Part shown: one piece after another, positions 9,473-18,778 of the stretch | Layout: each line of letters starts with the position of its first letter | Position numbering within the stretch: position 1 is the stretch's first letter | From: Pirellulales bacterium | GTDB taxonomy: Bacteria > Planctomycetota > Planctomycetia > Pirellulales > JAICIG01 | Direction of reading: 5' to 3' | Assembly (NCBI GenBank): GCA_040901675.1 | Contig: JBBDYJ010000010.1 | Location: forward strand, 76,211 to 140,210 | Length of the DNA: 64,000 nt | Translations under genes and position numbers: made by a program | The notes under the pieces: model-generated | Told to the model about the DNA's origin: nothing | The model's database searches: none | The model's input: only the letters and a program-made list of their open reading frames with translations

Positions 9473-10489
9473 TCCTGTCTTCGCACACGCCGCGTCTTCC
9501 GCAGGGTAGTCAAATCGGAAATGGTCAACCTGAGCCGGCAGATGTGCGTACTCCCAAGCAACTGTCCGCCGCAGAGCCTCATCAATAGGAATGCTGTCCT
9601 CGTATGCGAGTTCCTTTCGTATCCGGCTTGTGTCGGCAACCAAATGATGCCTCCAATCATACGGGGCTGCCAAATGCGCCGGAAGCGCGGCCCCGGAAAT
9701 CACTCTGATGCTGCCTATCCAGCCCGCAACGTTGCCAATCCGCTCAACCCACTCAGTCTCCGTGAATGCCTCTTTGTCTCCAACGTTGTAGATGCGACGT
9801 TCCGCCCGGTCATCCGTGACGGCCCGCGCGACTGCCGCCGCCACGTTCTCCACATAACCTCGTGTCCACCGCCACCGCGCCCTCCCTTCCTCCAACAAGA
9901 TAATGGGACGCTTGTCAATCATGCGTTTGAGGAACTCGAACAAACGATGCTGTGGGTCTCCCGGTCCATACACCTGAGGCAGCCGCAAGACGGTGCCGGG
10001 CAGCATAGCGTCGCCCATCACCGTCTGCTCAACCAAAATCTTCTCGTAGTTGTAGGCCAAATCCGACGCCAGTTGAGCGGATGCACGGTATGGATACAAT
10101 GCGCTGCGAAGCGGTGCCTCCTCAGTAAAAGGGTGCAGGTCAGGCGGACCATCTTCCAAACGGGAAAAACGCCCGTAAGCGCGGTAAACATCCATGCTGC
10201 TCACAGCCACGACGCGGCGCGCCATACCGCGAAATGTCTGCATGAGAAGCGCGGCCTCTTGCTCCACATACGGAAACATGTCCAGAACTACGTCGGGGCC
10301 GAAGCCCGCGAACTCTGAGGTGAAAGTCGTCAGATTCTGGCGGTCGCCATGAATGTGCGACACAGCCGAGGACAAATCCGCCGCGGTGTGACCTCGATGG
10401 AAAAGGGCAACGGTATGCCCTTGGCCGGCGAGGTGTCGCACAACCCACGGTCCGATGAATCCCGTGCCGCCAATAACGAGAACACGCAT
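9386..10489 (-). CDS. NAD-dependent epimerase/dehydratase (extended SDR); gene-cassette ORF
   Basis: N-terminal GGTGFIG Rossmann motif, SSMDVY, YEK and LRLPQVYGPGD. Visibly lower GC than the flanks. The C-terminus runs into the attC site. Confidence 0.88.
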   Translation of the reverse strand: MRVLVIGGTGFIGPWVVRHLAGQGHTVALFHRGHTAADLSSAVSHIHGDRQNLTTFTSEFAGFGPDVVLDMFPYVEQEAALLMQTFRGMARRVVAVSSMDVYRAYGRFSRLEDGPPDLHPFTEEAPLRSALYPYRASAQLASDLAYNYEKILVEQTVMGDAMLPGTVLRLPQVYGPGDPQHRLFEFLKRMIDKRPIILLEEGRARWRWTRGYVENVAAAVARAVTDDRAERRIYNVGDKEAFTETEWVERIGNVAGWIGSIRVISGAALPAHLAAPYDWRHHLVADTSRIRKELAYEDSIPIDEALRRTVAWEYAHLPAQVDHFRFDYPAEDAACAKTGAEPSGPANGSQPIGSETNRTSSAAGSRR

Positions 10490-10519
10490 TTTCTTCGATG
10501 CTACTTACGACGCACAACA

Positions 10520-10560
10520 GCCGAACTTGTTTTTAGATTGATCCGTGTATTAAATTAACT
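10520..10560 (-). mobile_element. Cassette left junction / attI-like site
   Basis: Minus strand ...CTAAAAACAAGTTCGGC. GTTCGGC is the exact complement of the cassette's R'' box, and the preceding bases resemble the end of attI1 (CTAAAACAAAGTT). AT-rich context. Confidence 0.55.
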
Positions 10561-10722
10561 GTAGGCAGCAAGTTTGCAGCCTCACGCGGGCGAGCCGATT
10601 GTCGCAAGTTGAATTGTAGTCGTCGGTTGCTCGTTTGTCATGCGATTTCCCGCGTGATAGGCCGCTGCCATCGAGCGCTCATCGGGCCGGCGAGCCAAGA
10701 CATCGGCTGGGCTGCAAACGCC

Positions 10723-11005
10723 CCGCCCGCCCTCCGGGCGGAAAAAGAATAGGATGAGACCCGTCACCAGGGACTGAAGTCCCTGGCAAGTATCGCCCGC
10801 CCTCCGGGCGATGAAGACACGGAGGAAGTTCCAAAGCCGGACGTGTGAGCCCAGGCCACCCGCGGCCGGGACGCGCCGGCGGCAGACCACTCGCGGAGCG
10901 AGTGGATCCCATCAAGGACCGATGCTGAGACATCGGTCTACGAGAGTTTTTTGGGGACCGTTCCCAGGGCGTTGCCCTGGGCTGGTATGTTGCGCCCCTG
11001 CGGGG
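10723..11005. repeat. Cluster of REP-like palindromes
   Basis: cgcccgccctccgggcg occurs twice around the ccagggactgaagtccctgg hairpin. cccagggcgttgccctggg and gcccctgcggggc hairpins follow. Confidence 0.7.
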
Positions 11006-11113
11006 CAGACGGCCGCATGAATGCGGATCACTACAAACCTTCTGACCCATGACGCCTTCCTCCCGCGAGAGGGAGACGGCAGAACTCGGGCGAGCCCTGG
11101 TCGGAACGAGCTG

Positions 11114-11137
11114 CCTCACGCGGAGCGTGAGGGCTAC
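11114..11137 (-). repeat. GTAG-type REP (gtagccctcacgctccgcgtgagg)
   Basis: GTAG followed by a hairpin; an identical 24-mer occurs at 34107-34130. Confidence 0.8.
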
Positions 11138-11210
11138 TGTACAGGCGGACTCGCAGAAGAAGGACCGATGCTGAGACATCAGGAGTTGCGGATTCTCCGC
11201 GGCTTTCCGG

Positions 11211-12788
11211 TCATTCGGGCATCGGCTTGCCGCGGGTCTCGGGCGCGAACCAGATCAGCACCATGCCTACCACGTAAATCAGGGCGGTCACGGAACAGGC
11301 TTTCGGATAGCTGTCATGGAAGACGTTGGCCATCAGGTTGCCGGTCTGCAAGGCGCCGACGGCCGCCAGGATCCGCCCGAAGTTGAAGCTGAAGCCTTGC
11401 CCGGTGGCCCGGATGCGCGTGGGAAACAGCTCCGGCAGGTATAAGGGCAGCCAACCGTAGAACGAAGCCGTGCACATCCCGGCCACGAACACCGAGCCCA
11501 AAAACATCGGCCCATAATGGTCGTTCCACTGAAACAGGAACATGGACGAAGCCAGTGCGAGAACGCACAGAATGAAGTAGCTGATCCGCCGCCCGAACCA
11601 ATTGCCCATCGTGGCCGCCGCGATAGTGCCGATGATGGCGCCGATGCTGGACCAGATCTGCGTGTACGCCTTGGCTTCGGGCACCTTCCCCCCAGTGAGT
11701 TGGTCGGCCCAGGGGGTGGCCCACTGCAGCGAGCCCCAAGTGCCCAACAGGGCCACGCCGCCCAATCCGGCGCCCAGCAGCATCCGCCGCAGCGTGGGGG
11801 CCCATTCGGCGGATAGGCTGGCATGGGCCCGGCCCGAGCGCTGGAGATAGCGGCTGACCGGATACGTGTAGCCGACCACGGCGGCCGCCAGCCCGGCTAC
11901 GGTGACGACGATCTGGATTGCCAGCATGTTGTCGCGGGCCCAGGCCGCCGTTGCCCAATGATCGCCCGACCAGACATAGATGATCGCGCAGGCCGCGCCG
12001 GTTCCGGCCAGGACCGCCAACAGGTCGCGGGCGGCCCAGTGCGAAGTGGCTCCGCGGGCGTGTTCCTTCTGCCAACGTTCGGACTCGGGCACAAAGAGCC
12101 GGATAAAGAAGGTGAGCACCGCCGGCCCCGCGCCCAACAGCATCAGGATCCGCCATCCCGAATAGGCAAACAGCGACTCGACCCATTCTTGTTTCAGCCC
12201 CGTAGCCGATACCCAATCATGGAGCGTGTCCAGAAACGTCGCCAGGCCCAGGCCAACCAGGGCGATCGACAGGAAGCCGATATTAGCGGCCGCTCCGATC
12301 AGCCCCGCGAGAAAGCCGCGTGAGCGGTTGGGCCAGATCTCCATCACCAGGGCCACGCCGAGCGACCACTCGCCCCCCATGCCCAGCGCCGATATGAAGC
12401 GGAATATGGCCACCTGCTCGGCCGTGCCGGCCACACCGCACAGGCCGGTGAAGACCGCGTACGTGAACACGCTGAGCATCATGGCGCGGACGCGGCCGAT
12501 GCGATCGCCCAACCAGCCGAACAACACGCCGCCCGTGGCGGCGCCGACGAGAAAACCGGCCGTGATCACGCCGATCCACCGGCCGACGTTGGCGGTAGAC
12601 GGCAACAGGTCGAGCAAGGCCGGCCTGGCGACCAGGGGAAACAGGCCCATCTCCAAGCCGTCGAACATCCAGCCCAAGAGGGCGGCCGTGAGGGCCATCC
12701 ACTGCCCGCGGGTGATCGGCTCGCGTTTGCCGGGTTCGGACGGCAAGGCGGGCGCCGCTTCTTTGGGTGTTTGCTCGTTGGCCGCCAT
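11211..12788 (-). CDS. MFS transporter
   Basis: GWLGDRIGRVR, GMGGEW, PELFPTRIRATG and APETRG. Start MAANEQ chosen from the purine-rich RBS and to avoid overlap with the upstream gene. Confidence 0.9.
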   Translation of the reverse strand: MAANEQTPKEAAPALPSEPGKREPITRGQWMALTAALLGWMFDGLEMGLFPLVARPALLDLLPSTANVGRWIGVITAGFLVGAATGGVLFGWLGDRIGRVRAMMLSVFTYAVFTGLCGVAGTAEQVAIFRFISALGMGGEWSLGVALVMEIWPNRSRGFLAGLIGAAANIGFLSIALVGLGLATFLDTLHDWVSATGLKQEWVESLFAYSGWRILMLLGAGPAVLTFFIRLFVPESERWQKEHARGATSHWAARDLLAVLAGTGAACAIIYVWSGDHWATAAWARDNMLAIQIVVTVAGLAAAVVGYTYPVSRYLQRSGRAHASLSAEWAPTLRRMLLGAGLGGVALLGTWGSLQWATPWADQLTGGKVPEAKAYTQIWSSIGAIIGTIAAATMGNWFGRRISYFILCVLALASSMFLFQWNDHYGPMFLGSVFVAGMCTASFYGWLPLYLPELFPTRIRATGQGFSFNFGRILAAVGALQTGNLMANVFHDSYPKACSVTALIYVVGMVLIWFAPETRGKPMPE

Positions 12789-12879
12789 GGCTTTCCCTTT
12801 TGCCCCGGTTGTATGTTCAATGAACCTGTACAGCCGGCGGCGGTAACTCGCGCCGGCACGTGCCTCTGGCCGGCTTGGC

Positions 12880-14346
12880 CTATTCGTGCAGCTCCTCGCG
12901 CGCCGGTTCGGGCAGCCAGTAGGTGACGATCGATCCGACCAGGTAGACTCCAAATGCGACGGCCGCACACGCGTAGGCCAGCCGGTGCCCCGACATGCCC
13001 GGCATGTACGGTGCCAACTGCGTGGCCCAGACCGCGGCCGAAGTGCCGATCATCCTGCCGCCCACGTTGGCGGCAAAGCTCTCGCCCGTTCCGCGCAGAT
13101 AGACCGGGTAAACGCGCGGCAGGTAATTGCCCCAAAAGCTGAACTGCGCGATGGTGAACAGGCCGGCCAGAAAAATGCCCCATTTCAACAGTCCCAGGTC
13201 GCTCGTGGCCGGATAGATCAAGACCAGCGGGATAATCACCAGGCCGGGCAGTTGGAACATCCACAACAGCTTCCGCCGGCTGACGACCCACATCGCCAAG
13301 ACGGCCAGGAGGAATCGTCCGGTCAAGCCGCCGACCTCCTGCCACTTCTGCACCGAGCTGCGCTCGCGGCCGATCGGCTTGCCCGCGTCGTCCAGTTGTT
13401 TGCGCAGTTGGGCGATGCGCTGATCGCGGACGGTCCGCTCGGCGGTGCCGGCCGGTTGCTGGGGCTGGCTGAGCGCGGCCTCCAGTTGTTTTTTCAGTTC
13501 CGCCTGGCGCTCAACGTGCGGCCGCAGCTCGGGCAGCGTTTGGACGATCTGTGCCGGCACGAGCTGGATCGCGCCGAAGGCGGCGCCGAAGCCACAGGCG
13601 AACAGGACCGTGGTGGTCAGCGTGGTGCGGCGCAACGAGGGCCGGAAGAGCTCCGCGAAACTGGGCCGCTTGAGCGTACCGGCGGCCTTTTTCCGCTGCC
13701 AGGCGGGCGACTCGGGCAGGAAGGGCCGGATCAGCATGAGCGGAATGGCGGGCAGCACGCCCGACAGCAGCGTGTATCGCCAGGCCGAGTGCCCGCCGAA
13801 AATAGGCGGCAATTCCGTGGCGTGCTGGACGATCCAGCCGTAGACAATCGCCACCAGCAGACCGCCGAACGACGAAAAGACCTGCGTCGATCCCAAGACC
13901 ATCTCGCGCTGGCGCGGGTTGGGAAACAACTCGGCCAGCCAGGCGACCGCCGCCACGAACTCGATGCAGACACCCATGAACGTGGTGCAGCGCAGCACCA
14001 GAAACATCATGGGCGACGTGCTGAAGGCGGCCGCGCAGGCCGAAAACGCGTACAAGAGAATACTGAGCACCAGCACGCGGCGGCGTCCGTAGCGGTCGGT
14101 GAGATAGCCGCCCACCAGTCCGAACCCGCCGCCGGCAAGCGCGCTGGCCCAGAAGATATAGCCGATCCACTCTCTGATCACCGGAGCATCGGGCGACACG
14201 TCCATCAGCTCGGCCAGGGCCGAAGCGGCCACCAGCGGCAGCATCAACAATTCATAGGTGTCGAACAGGAACCCGATCGCCGCCACGAAGATCACCAGCC
14301 AATGCGTGATGGTAAGTTTTTGCGGGGCGGGTTCGGCGGAGCTCAT
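12880..14346 (-). CDS. MFS transporter
   Basis: GYLTDRYGRRR, AELFP and PRVYPVYLRGTG, with a charged helical insertion after TM7. Confidence 0.9.
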   Translation of the reverse strand: MSSAEPAPQKLTITHWLVIFVAAIGFLFDTYELLMLPLVAASALAELMDVSPDAPVIREWIGYIFWASALAGGGFGLVGGYLTDRYGRRRVLVLSILLYAFSACAAAFSTSPMMFLVLRCTTFMGVCIEFVAAVAWLAELFPNPRQREMVLGSTQVFSSFGGLLVAIVYGWIVQHATELPPIFGGHSAWRYTLLSGVLPAIPLMLIRPFLPESPAWQRKKAAGTLKRPSFAELFRPSLRRTTLTTTVLFACGFGAAFGAIQLVPAQIVQTLPELRPHVERQAELKKQLEAALSQPQQPAGTAERTVRDQRIAQLRKQLDDAGKPIGRERSSVQKWQEVGGLTGRFLLAVLAMWVVSRRKLLWMFQLPGLVIIPLVLIYPATSDLGLLKWGIFLAGLFTIAQFSFWGNYLPRVYPVYLRGTGESFAANVGGRMIGTSAAVWATQLAPYMPGMSGHRLAYACAAVAFGVYLVGSIVTYWLPEPAREELHE

Positions 14347-14501
14347 CGGCGGTATCCAGGTGTGATTGCGGCGGGAAAAAGGCGGGTCGGCGGGTCAATC
14401 AAGGCACTGGGCGCCAGGGCGCGTCGGCTGGTGGCGGCCTACCGGCCGGCGCGAACAGGGCAAGCATAACAGGCGGGCGGGGCGGGTGCCAGTTGGCGAG
14501 C

Positions 14502-15443
14502 CTATCGCACGAAACGATACGTGCCCCCGGTCACTTCGCTAATGGCCTTGAGCATCGGCTCGCCGGCGCGGTTCATGAAGCCGATGGTGTGGATGGGAAT
14601 CGGATCACCGGTGCGGTGCTGGCCGATTTCGAAGGCCACCTGCGGATCGAACTTGCCGTCGGAGAGAAAAAATACCGCGTCGGGATCCAGGTCGAGGGCC
14701 TGGATCAGCGCCGGCAAGGGCTTCGTGAAGCCGTTGCACTGGACCTCGTTGATCCACTTCAAGGTCTGGCCGACATTCTCGCGAGTGGCTTCGGACAGGC
14801 CGCTGGCGGGCATCGGGTATGGCCCGTCGCTGAAGAAGATCACAAAGTACCGCTGCGGCGGCCGGAGCGCTTCGATCGAGCGGCGCAGCTCGCCGCGCGC
14901 CCGCCGAAACCGGGCCCCCTGCATGCTGCCCGACATGTCGACCACGAATACAAAGTGGTCCCCGTCGGCCTCGATGCCGTAGAAGCGTGCCGAATCGCCG
15001 AACGTTCGGCCGGCGGCCTGGGAGGTGGTCGCGTCGGCCACCAGCGGGCCAAATGAGTCGAAGCCGCCGCCGGCGGCCAGCGACGAAAGCTCAACCCTGG
15101 CCAGCGCGAAGTCGTCCCGTTGCGAGCCACGGCCGGCCGGTTGCGGCCTTTCGGCCAGCGGTTCGTTCGGCACCATGCTGGCCAAAGCGACAGGTTGTTC
15201 CAGCCGATCGAGTTGAGGCACGTCGGACCGATTGATCAATAGGGCTTTGATCGCGGATCGATCGGCGCCGCCCCTGTCGCCGGCCACCGCCGTCAGGGCC
15301 AGGGCCAGAACACCCACGGCATGGCAAACGGCCGAACAGCCCCAGGCGCGGACAAGCGGGTTCCGCCGCAGAGAGAACCGGACGAGATGGGCCGACGGGA
15401 ACATGGCACCCATTATTACAGGCGATTTGGCGGCCGGGGTCAA
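14502..15443 (-). CDS. Membrane-anchored VWA-domain protein
   Basis: MIDAS motif VVDMSGSM and FFLSDG; N-terminal TM segment SAVCHAVGVLALAL. Start uncertain (about 15404-15443). Confidence 0.8.
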   Translation of the reverse strand: MTPAAKSPVIMGAMFPSAHLVRFSLRRNPLVRAWGCSAVCHAVGVLALALTAVAGDRGGADRSAIKALLINRSDVPQLDRLEQPVALASMVPNEPLAERPQPAGRGSQRDDFALARVELSSLAAGGGFDSFGPLVADATTSQAAGRTFGDSARFYGIEADGDHFVFVVDMSGSMQGARFRRARGELRRSIEALRPPQRYFVIFFSDGPYPMPASGLSEATRENVGQTLKWINEVQCNGFTKPLPALIQALDLDPDAVFFLSDGKFDPQVAFEIGQHRTGDPIPIHTIGFMNRAGEPMLKAISEVTGGTYRFVR

Positions 15444-15473
15444 TCAAACTGCTTGATCAGCACAAGGTTGGCG

Positions 15474-15633
15474 GTAGCGGGACTCGCCAGAGTTCTGGTG
15501 CACGGGCCACCGGCCCGAATTCTGGCGAATCCGGCTACAGAGGAGTGACGGACCACCGGCAATGGCGGTAGCAGGACTCGCCAGAGTTCTGGCGGGGTGG
15601 AAGTCCGGCCCGAATTCTGGCGAATTCGGCTAC
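15474..15633. repeat. Two tandem GTAG-bounded REP doublets
   Basis: gtagc(g/a)ggactcgccagagttctgg...ggcccgaattctggcgaat(c/t)cggctac at 15474-15538 and 15568-15633. Confidence 0.8.
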
Positions 15634-16587
15634 CTAAAAGAAGACCTTTTCGGCCGTCTTGATCAGCAGCCACTGGCGATCGGAGTCGGATAGAAAGTCG
15701 AGGCGGCTTCGCACCAGCTCGATCGAGTCGGTGTAGGTGTGACCCTCTTGCACCTGGTAGGGGCAGTCGGTGGCCCACATCAGCCGCTCTGGCCCGTAGG
15801 CGTCGAGCAGCCGGCGGATCATCGGCGCCAGATCGAGGTAAGGCGCTTTCTTTTTGCCCAGTGCATAAAAGGCCGAGACCTTGACATACGTGTGGCGATG
15901 CCGGGACAGGCGGCAGAGCCGATCCACGTCGGCCTCGCGCATGGTGCCGTCCACGCCGATGCGGGCGAAGTGATCGATGACCACCGGCGTCTCGGGGAAC
16001 TTGCGGCACATGCCGTCGACGGCCGCGAGCGCTTCGGGATTGATCAGGTGGCACATAGCCAGCCCTTCGTCGGCGCCGCACTGCCACATGGCTTGCATGC
16101 CGGGTCCTTCCAGCCAGCGGTCGACCGGCCCCTTGCGGGGATAGATCCTGAAGCCGCGCACGCCTTGCTTGGCCAGCGACCGCATCAGCGCGGCCGGCTC
16201 GCGGGCCGTGTCGTCGATCACGGCCACACCGGAGAACACGCCCTGGAACCGCTCGATGGTGTCGAGCATGTACGAGTTGTCGAAGCCGTAAAAACTCATC
16301 TGGATCAACACCACCCGCCCCACCCCGACAGGCCGGGCATGGGACAGCAGCTCTTCGGGAGTGAAGCTGGCGGGCTTCATTTCGTCGCGGCGGAAACCGG
16401 GCGCCAGCGGGTACTGCTGGGTATCGGGCGTCCAGACGTGGACGTGCGCATCGACGTAGCCGCCCTGGCCGTCTGCGGGGGCGTCCGAGTCGTCGTTGGG
16501 CTGCGGGCCAAAGGCCGACGAGACCGCGGGCCAGCAGGCAAAAGCCGCCCCGGCTGCCGCGCCTTTCAACATGCTTCGCCGGTCCAT
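15634..16587 (-). CDS. Amidohydrolase-2 family protein (sugar-lactonase-like) with Tat signal
   Basis: DAHVHVW metal motif, IDHF, VKVSA and WATDCP. Twin-arginine leader MDRRSMLKGAAAGAAF. Confidence 0.85.
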   Translation of the reverse strand: MDRRSMLKGAAAGAAFACWPAVSSAFGPQPNDDSDAPADGQGGYVDAHVHVWTPDTQQYPLAPGFRRDEMKPASFTPEELLSHARPVGVGRVVLIQMSFYGFDNSYMLDTIERFQGVFSGVAVIDDTAREPAALMRSLAKQGVRGFRIYPRKGPVDRWLEGPGMQAMWQCGADEGLAMCHLINPEALAAVDGMCRKFPETPVVIDHFARIGVDGTMREADVDRLCRLSRHRHTYVKVSAFYALGKKKAPYLDLAPMIRRLLDAYGPERLMWATDCPYQVQEGHTYTDSIELVRSRLDFLSDSDRQWLLIKTAEKVFF

Positions 16588-16638
16588 GCGCCGGCCACGG
16601 ACATCGATCGTGGACATCGAGATTCGGCTCATGCTGGT

Positions 16639-18705
16639 CTACAACTTGGGAACTTTGACCGACGACGTGCGTGGATCGGAGAAGTGTTCGGCCAGGTCGA
16701 CGCCGAAGCCGCGCGACAGCTCCCACTCGGCCCGCGCCGCCCAGGGAGTGCCGGGGTGCTCCCGCACGACTGCCTGGAGCAACTGCGTGGCACGCGCGAT
16801 GTAGTGCCTGGTCAGCTCGCCGGTGAGCGTTTCGGCGCGGGTGGTGATGGCCCAGTAGTTGGTCTTCTTGGTCGGTCCCAGCGGGTTCTTGATGACTTTG
16901 GGCTGTTTCTTGAAGGCCTCCAGGTAGGCGCCGTACTCGTAGATGCGCACCTTGTAGGCGATCATCTGCGCGACCATCAAGTCGTAGTTGGCCCGCCAGC
17001 GAGGGCTGTACTCCCGCTCGCGCAGCGGCCGCAGCCTTTCCAACGCCTTCTCCGCCTGGTCGATGTACCGCACCATGCCTTCGGCCGTTTTTTGCGCCGC
17101 GGTCGCCTCGCTCAGAAAGGCGTCCGGCCGGATCGAGAAGGTCACCGGCACCACGCAGTGCGGAGCGTGCTGGGGGTTGTACGGGTTGAAATCAGAGATG
17201 ATCTTCCAGAGCGATCTTTGCAGCTCGCTCTGATCGCGCTGGGCGGCGTACTCGGCCCTGGGACCGAGGTCGGGCAGGTAGGGGCGCATCGCCTCCAGCT
17301 CGTACTTGCGGTTGTCGCCGCGGACCAGGTTCGTCTCCGGGCTGGGCAGCATGAAGAACACGCCGCCGGTTTGGCGGGCGATCCGCACGTGCTCATAGGG
17401 GCCGAAGCCGCTGGGGTGCGCATCCCAGCGGGCCGTGAAGCCGTCGATCTGCAGTTGCTCCGGGAAAGGCGTTTCCGGTCCGCGGTCGATCTGCAGCCAG
17501 AAGGCGATCTGCGTGTCCGGATCGACCCAGCTCATATAGGCATAGGGATAGCCAAACACGGCCTCGCGGCCCAGCGCGTACACCACGCAACGCGCCTGCC
17601 GCGCCTGGTCGATGGCGGCTTCCAACTGTGCCATGTTGTCGGCCGGGTCGCCGCTTTCGTCGCTCACCAGGATCAGGGCCAACTGCCGCCGGCCCGAGGT
17701 GGCAAATCGCTGAAAGGTATGGATCGCCTGGCCGATCGCCTGGCAGGTCATTTCCTTGCCCGAGGGGTCGACCGGCACCGAACCGATGGCCGCACGGATC
17801 TCATCCAGGTTCGAAGTCGGCTTGCTGGTGTGCACCATGAAGCCGGCGCCGAAGCTGGTGACCGCGGTCCAGAGCGCATCTCCCTGGGCCGCCGCCGACA
17901 GACCCAGCTCGGCGTAGACCCGCTCGATGCGGTCGCGGATCTCCTGCTGGTCGTCCTTCATGCTTTCGGACTGGTCGAAGCACCAGATGACCAGCACCTT
18001 GTTCTTGGCCAGCATGTTCAGGATTTCGTGGGTGATGCGGTCCATCGCCTGCTGGTAATCGTCGACGACCGCCTGGGGATCGCCCAAAGTGCCTTGGGGC
18101 AGCTCCATGCCGAAATGGTTGCCCGGCATCGAAAAATCGCTGAGGTCTCCCACGCTTACCTTGGGAGCCAGTTGCGACTCGCCCAGCGCGTGGTCGTAGG
18201 TTGGCTTCGAGATGCCGACCAGGCCGCCGCCCGCCGTGCTGCTGGTCGATACCCTCGACGAGCTCACCAGGGCCAGTTCGCTGGTGGGATCGAGATTCAC
18301 ATCGACCACCTGGTTGACCAGCTCCTGCGGCCGTTCGAGCGTCGCCACGAAATTCGGCAAGACAGGTCGGATGGCCTCGGGCATGATCGCCAGCCCCAGC
18401 GCGAGAATCAGCGCCAGGTGGACCAGCATCGAGGAGCAGACGGCTATCGCCGTCCGCAGGTGGCTCGGCGGCAACGCTCGGCTCGGCAGGCCGTCGCCGG
18501 CCTGCTCGTCTTGCTGCTCGCCGGATCGACCGTTGCGCGAGCGGCGGCGGAGAAAACGGCGTCCCGTCTGGGAAAACCGTGAGCTAAAGCCACGGCCATG
18601 GGATGCTGGACGGTCCGGCTGGGACGCCGCCGGATCGGGCCGGGCCGCGACTGCTGAGTCGGAGTCCTGCCTGGGCGCACTATCACCGGACGTATCGGCA
18701 CTCAC
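16639..18705 (-). CDS. Large membrane-anchored VWA-domain protein
   Basis: FDQSESM MIDAS-like motif and LVSDESGD. Single TM (SSMLVHLALILALGLAI). C-terminal HPGTPWA helical repeat. Confidence 0.8.
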   Translation of the reverse strand: MSADTSGDSAPRQDSDSAVAARPDPAASQPDRPASHGRGFSSRFSQTGRRFLRRRSRNGRSGEQQDEQAGDGLPSRALPPSHLRTAIAVCSSMLVHLALILALGLAIMPEAIRPVLPNFVATLERPQELVNQVVDVNLDPTSELALVSSSRVSTSSTAGGGLVGISKPTYDHALGESQLAPKVSVGDLSDFSMPGNHFGMELPQGTLGDPQAVVDDYQQAMDRITHEILNMLAKNKVLVIWCFDQSESMKDDQQEIRDRIERVYAELGLSAAAQGDALWTAVTSFGAGFMVHTSKPTSNLDEIRAAIGSVPVDPSGKEMTCQAIGQAIHTFQRFATSGRRQLALILVSDESGDPADNMAQLEAAIDQARQARCVVYALGREAVFGYPYAYMSWVDPDTQIAFWLQIDRGPETPFPEQLQIDGFTARWDAHPSGFGPYEHVRIARQTGGVFFMLPSPETNLVRGDNRKYELEAMRPYLPDLGPRAEYAAQRDQSELQRSLWKIISDFNPYNPQHAPHCVVPVTFSIRPDAFLSEATAAQKTAEGMVRYIDQAEKALERLRPLREREYSPRWRANYDLMVAQMIAYKVRIYEYGAYLEAFKKQPKVIKNPLGPTKKTNYWAITTRAETLTGELTRHYIARATQLLQAVVREHPGTPWAARAEWELSRGFGVDLAEHFSDPRTSSVKVPKL

Positions 18706-18778
18706 GGCGCAAGCCTCGCGCAGGTAGGCAGTTTGTGCCCCTTGACTAGTTTAACCCCGCTGGAATGGGGAACGCAAC

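Noticed and set aside
10560..11210. Integron integrase next to the attI-like site
   Set aside because: No ORF with tyrosine-recombinase motifs on either strand. The short ORFs here are translations of repeats.
15739..18582. 947-aa plus-strand ORF, and similar long ORFs such as 54957-57272, 12886-14469, 1781-3292 and 59192-60847
   Set aside because: These are antisense shadows of well-supported genes in high-GC DNA, with no recognisable motifs.
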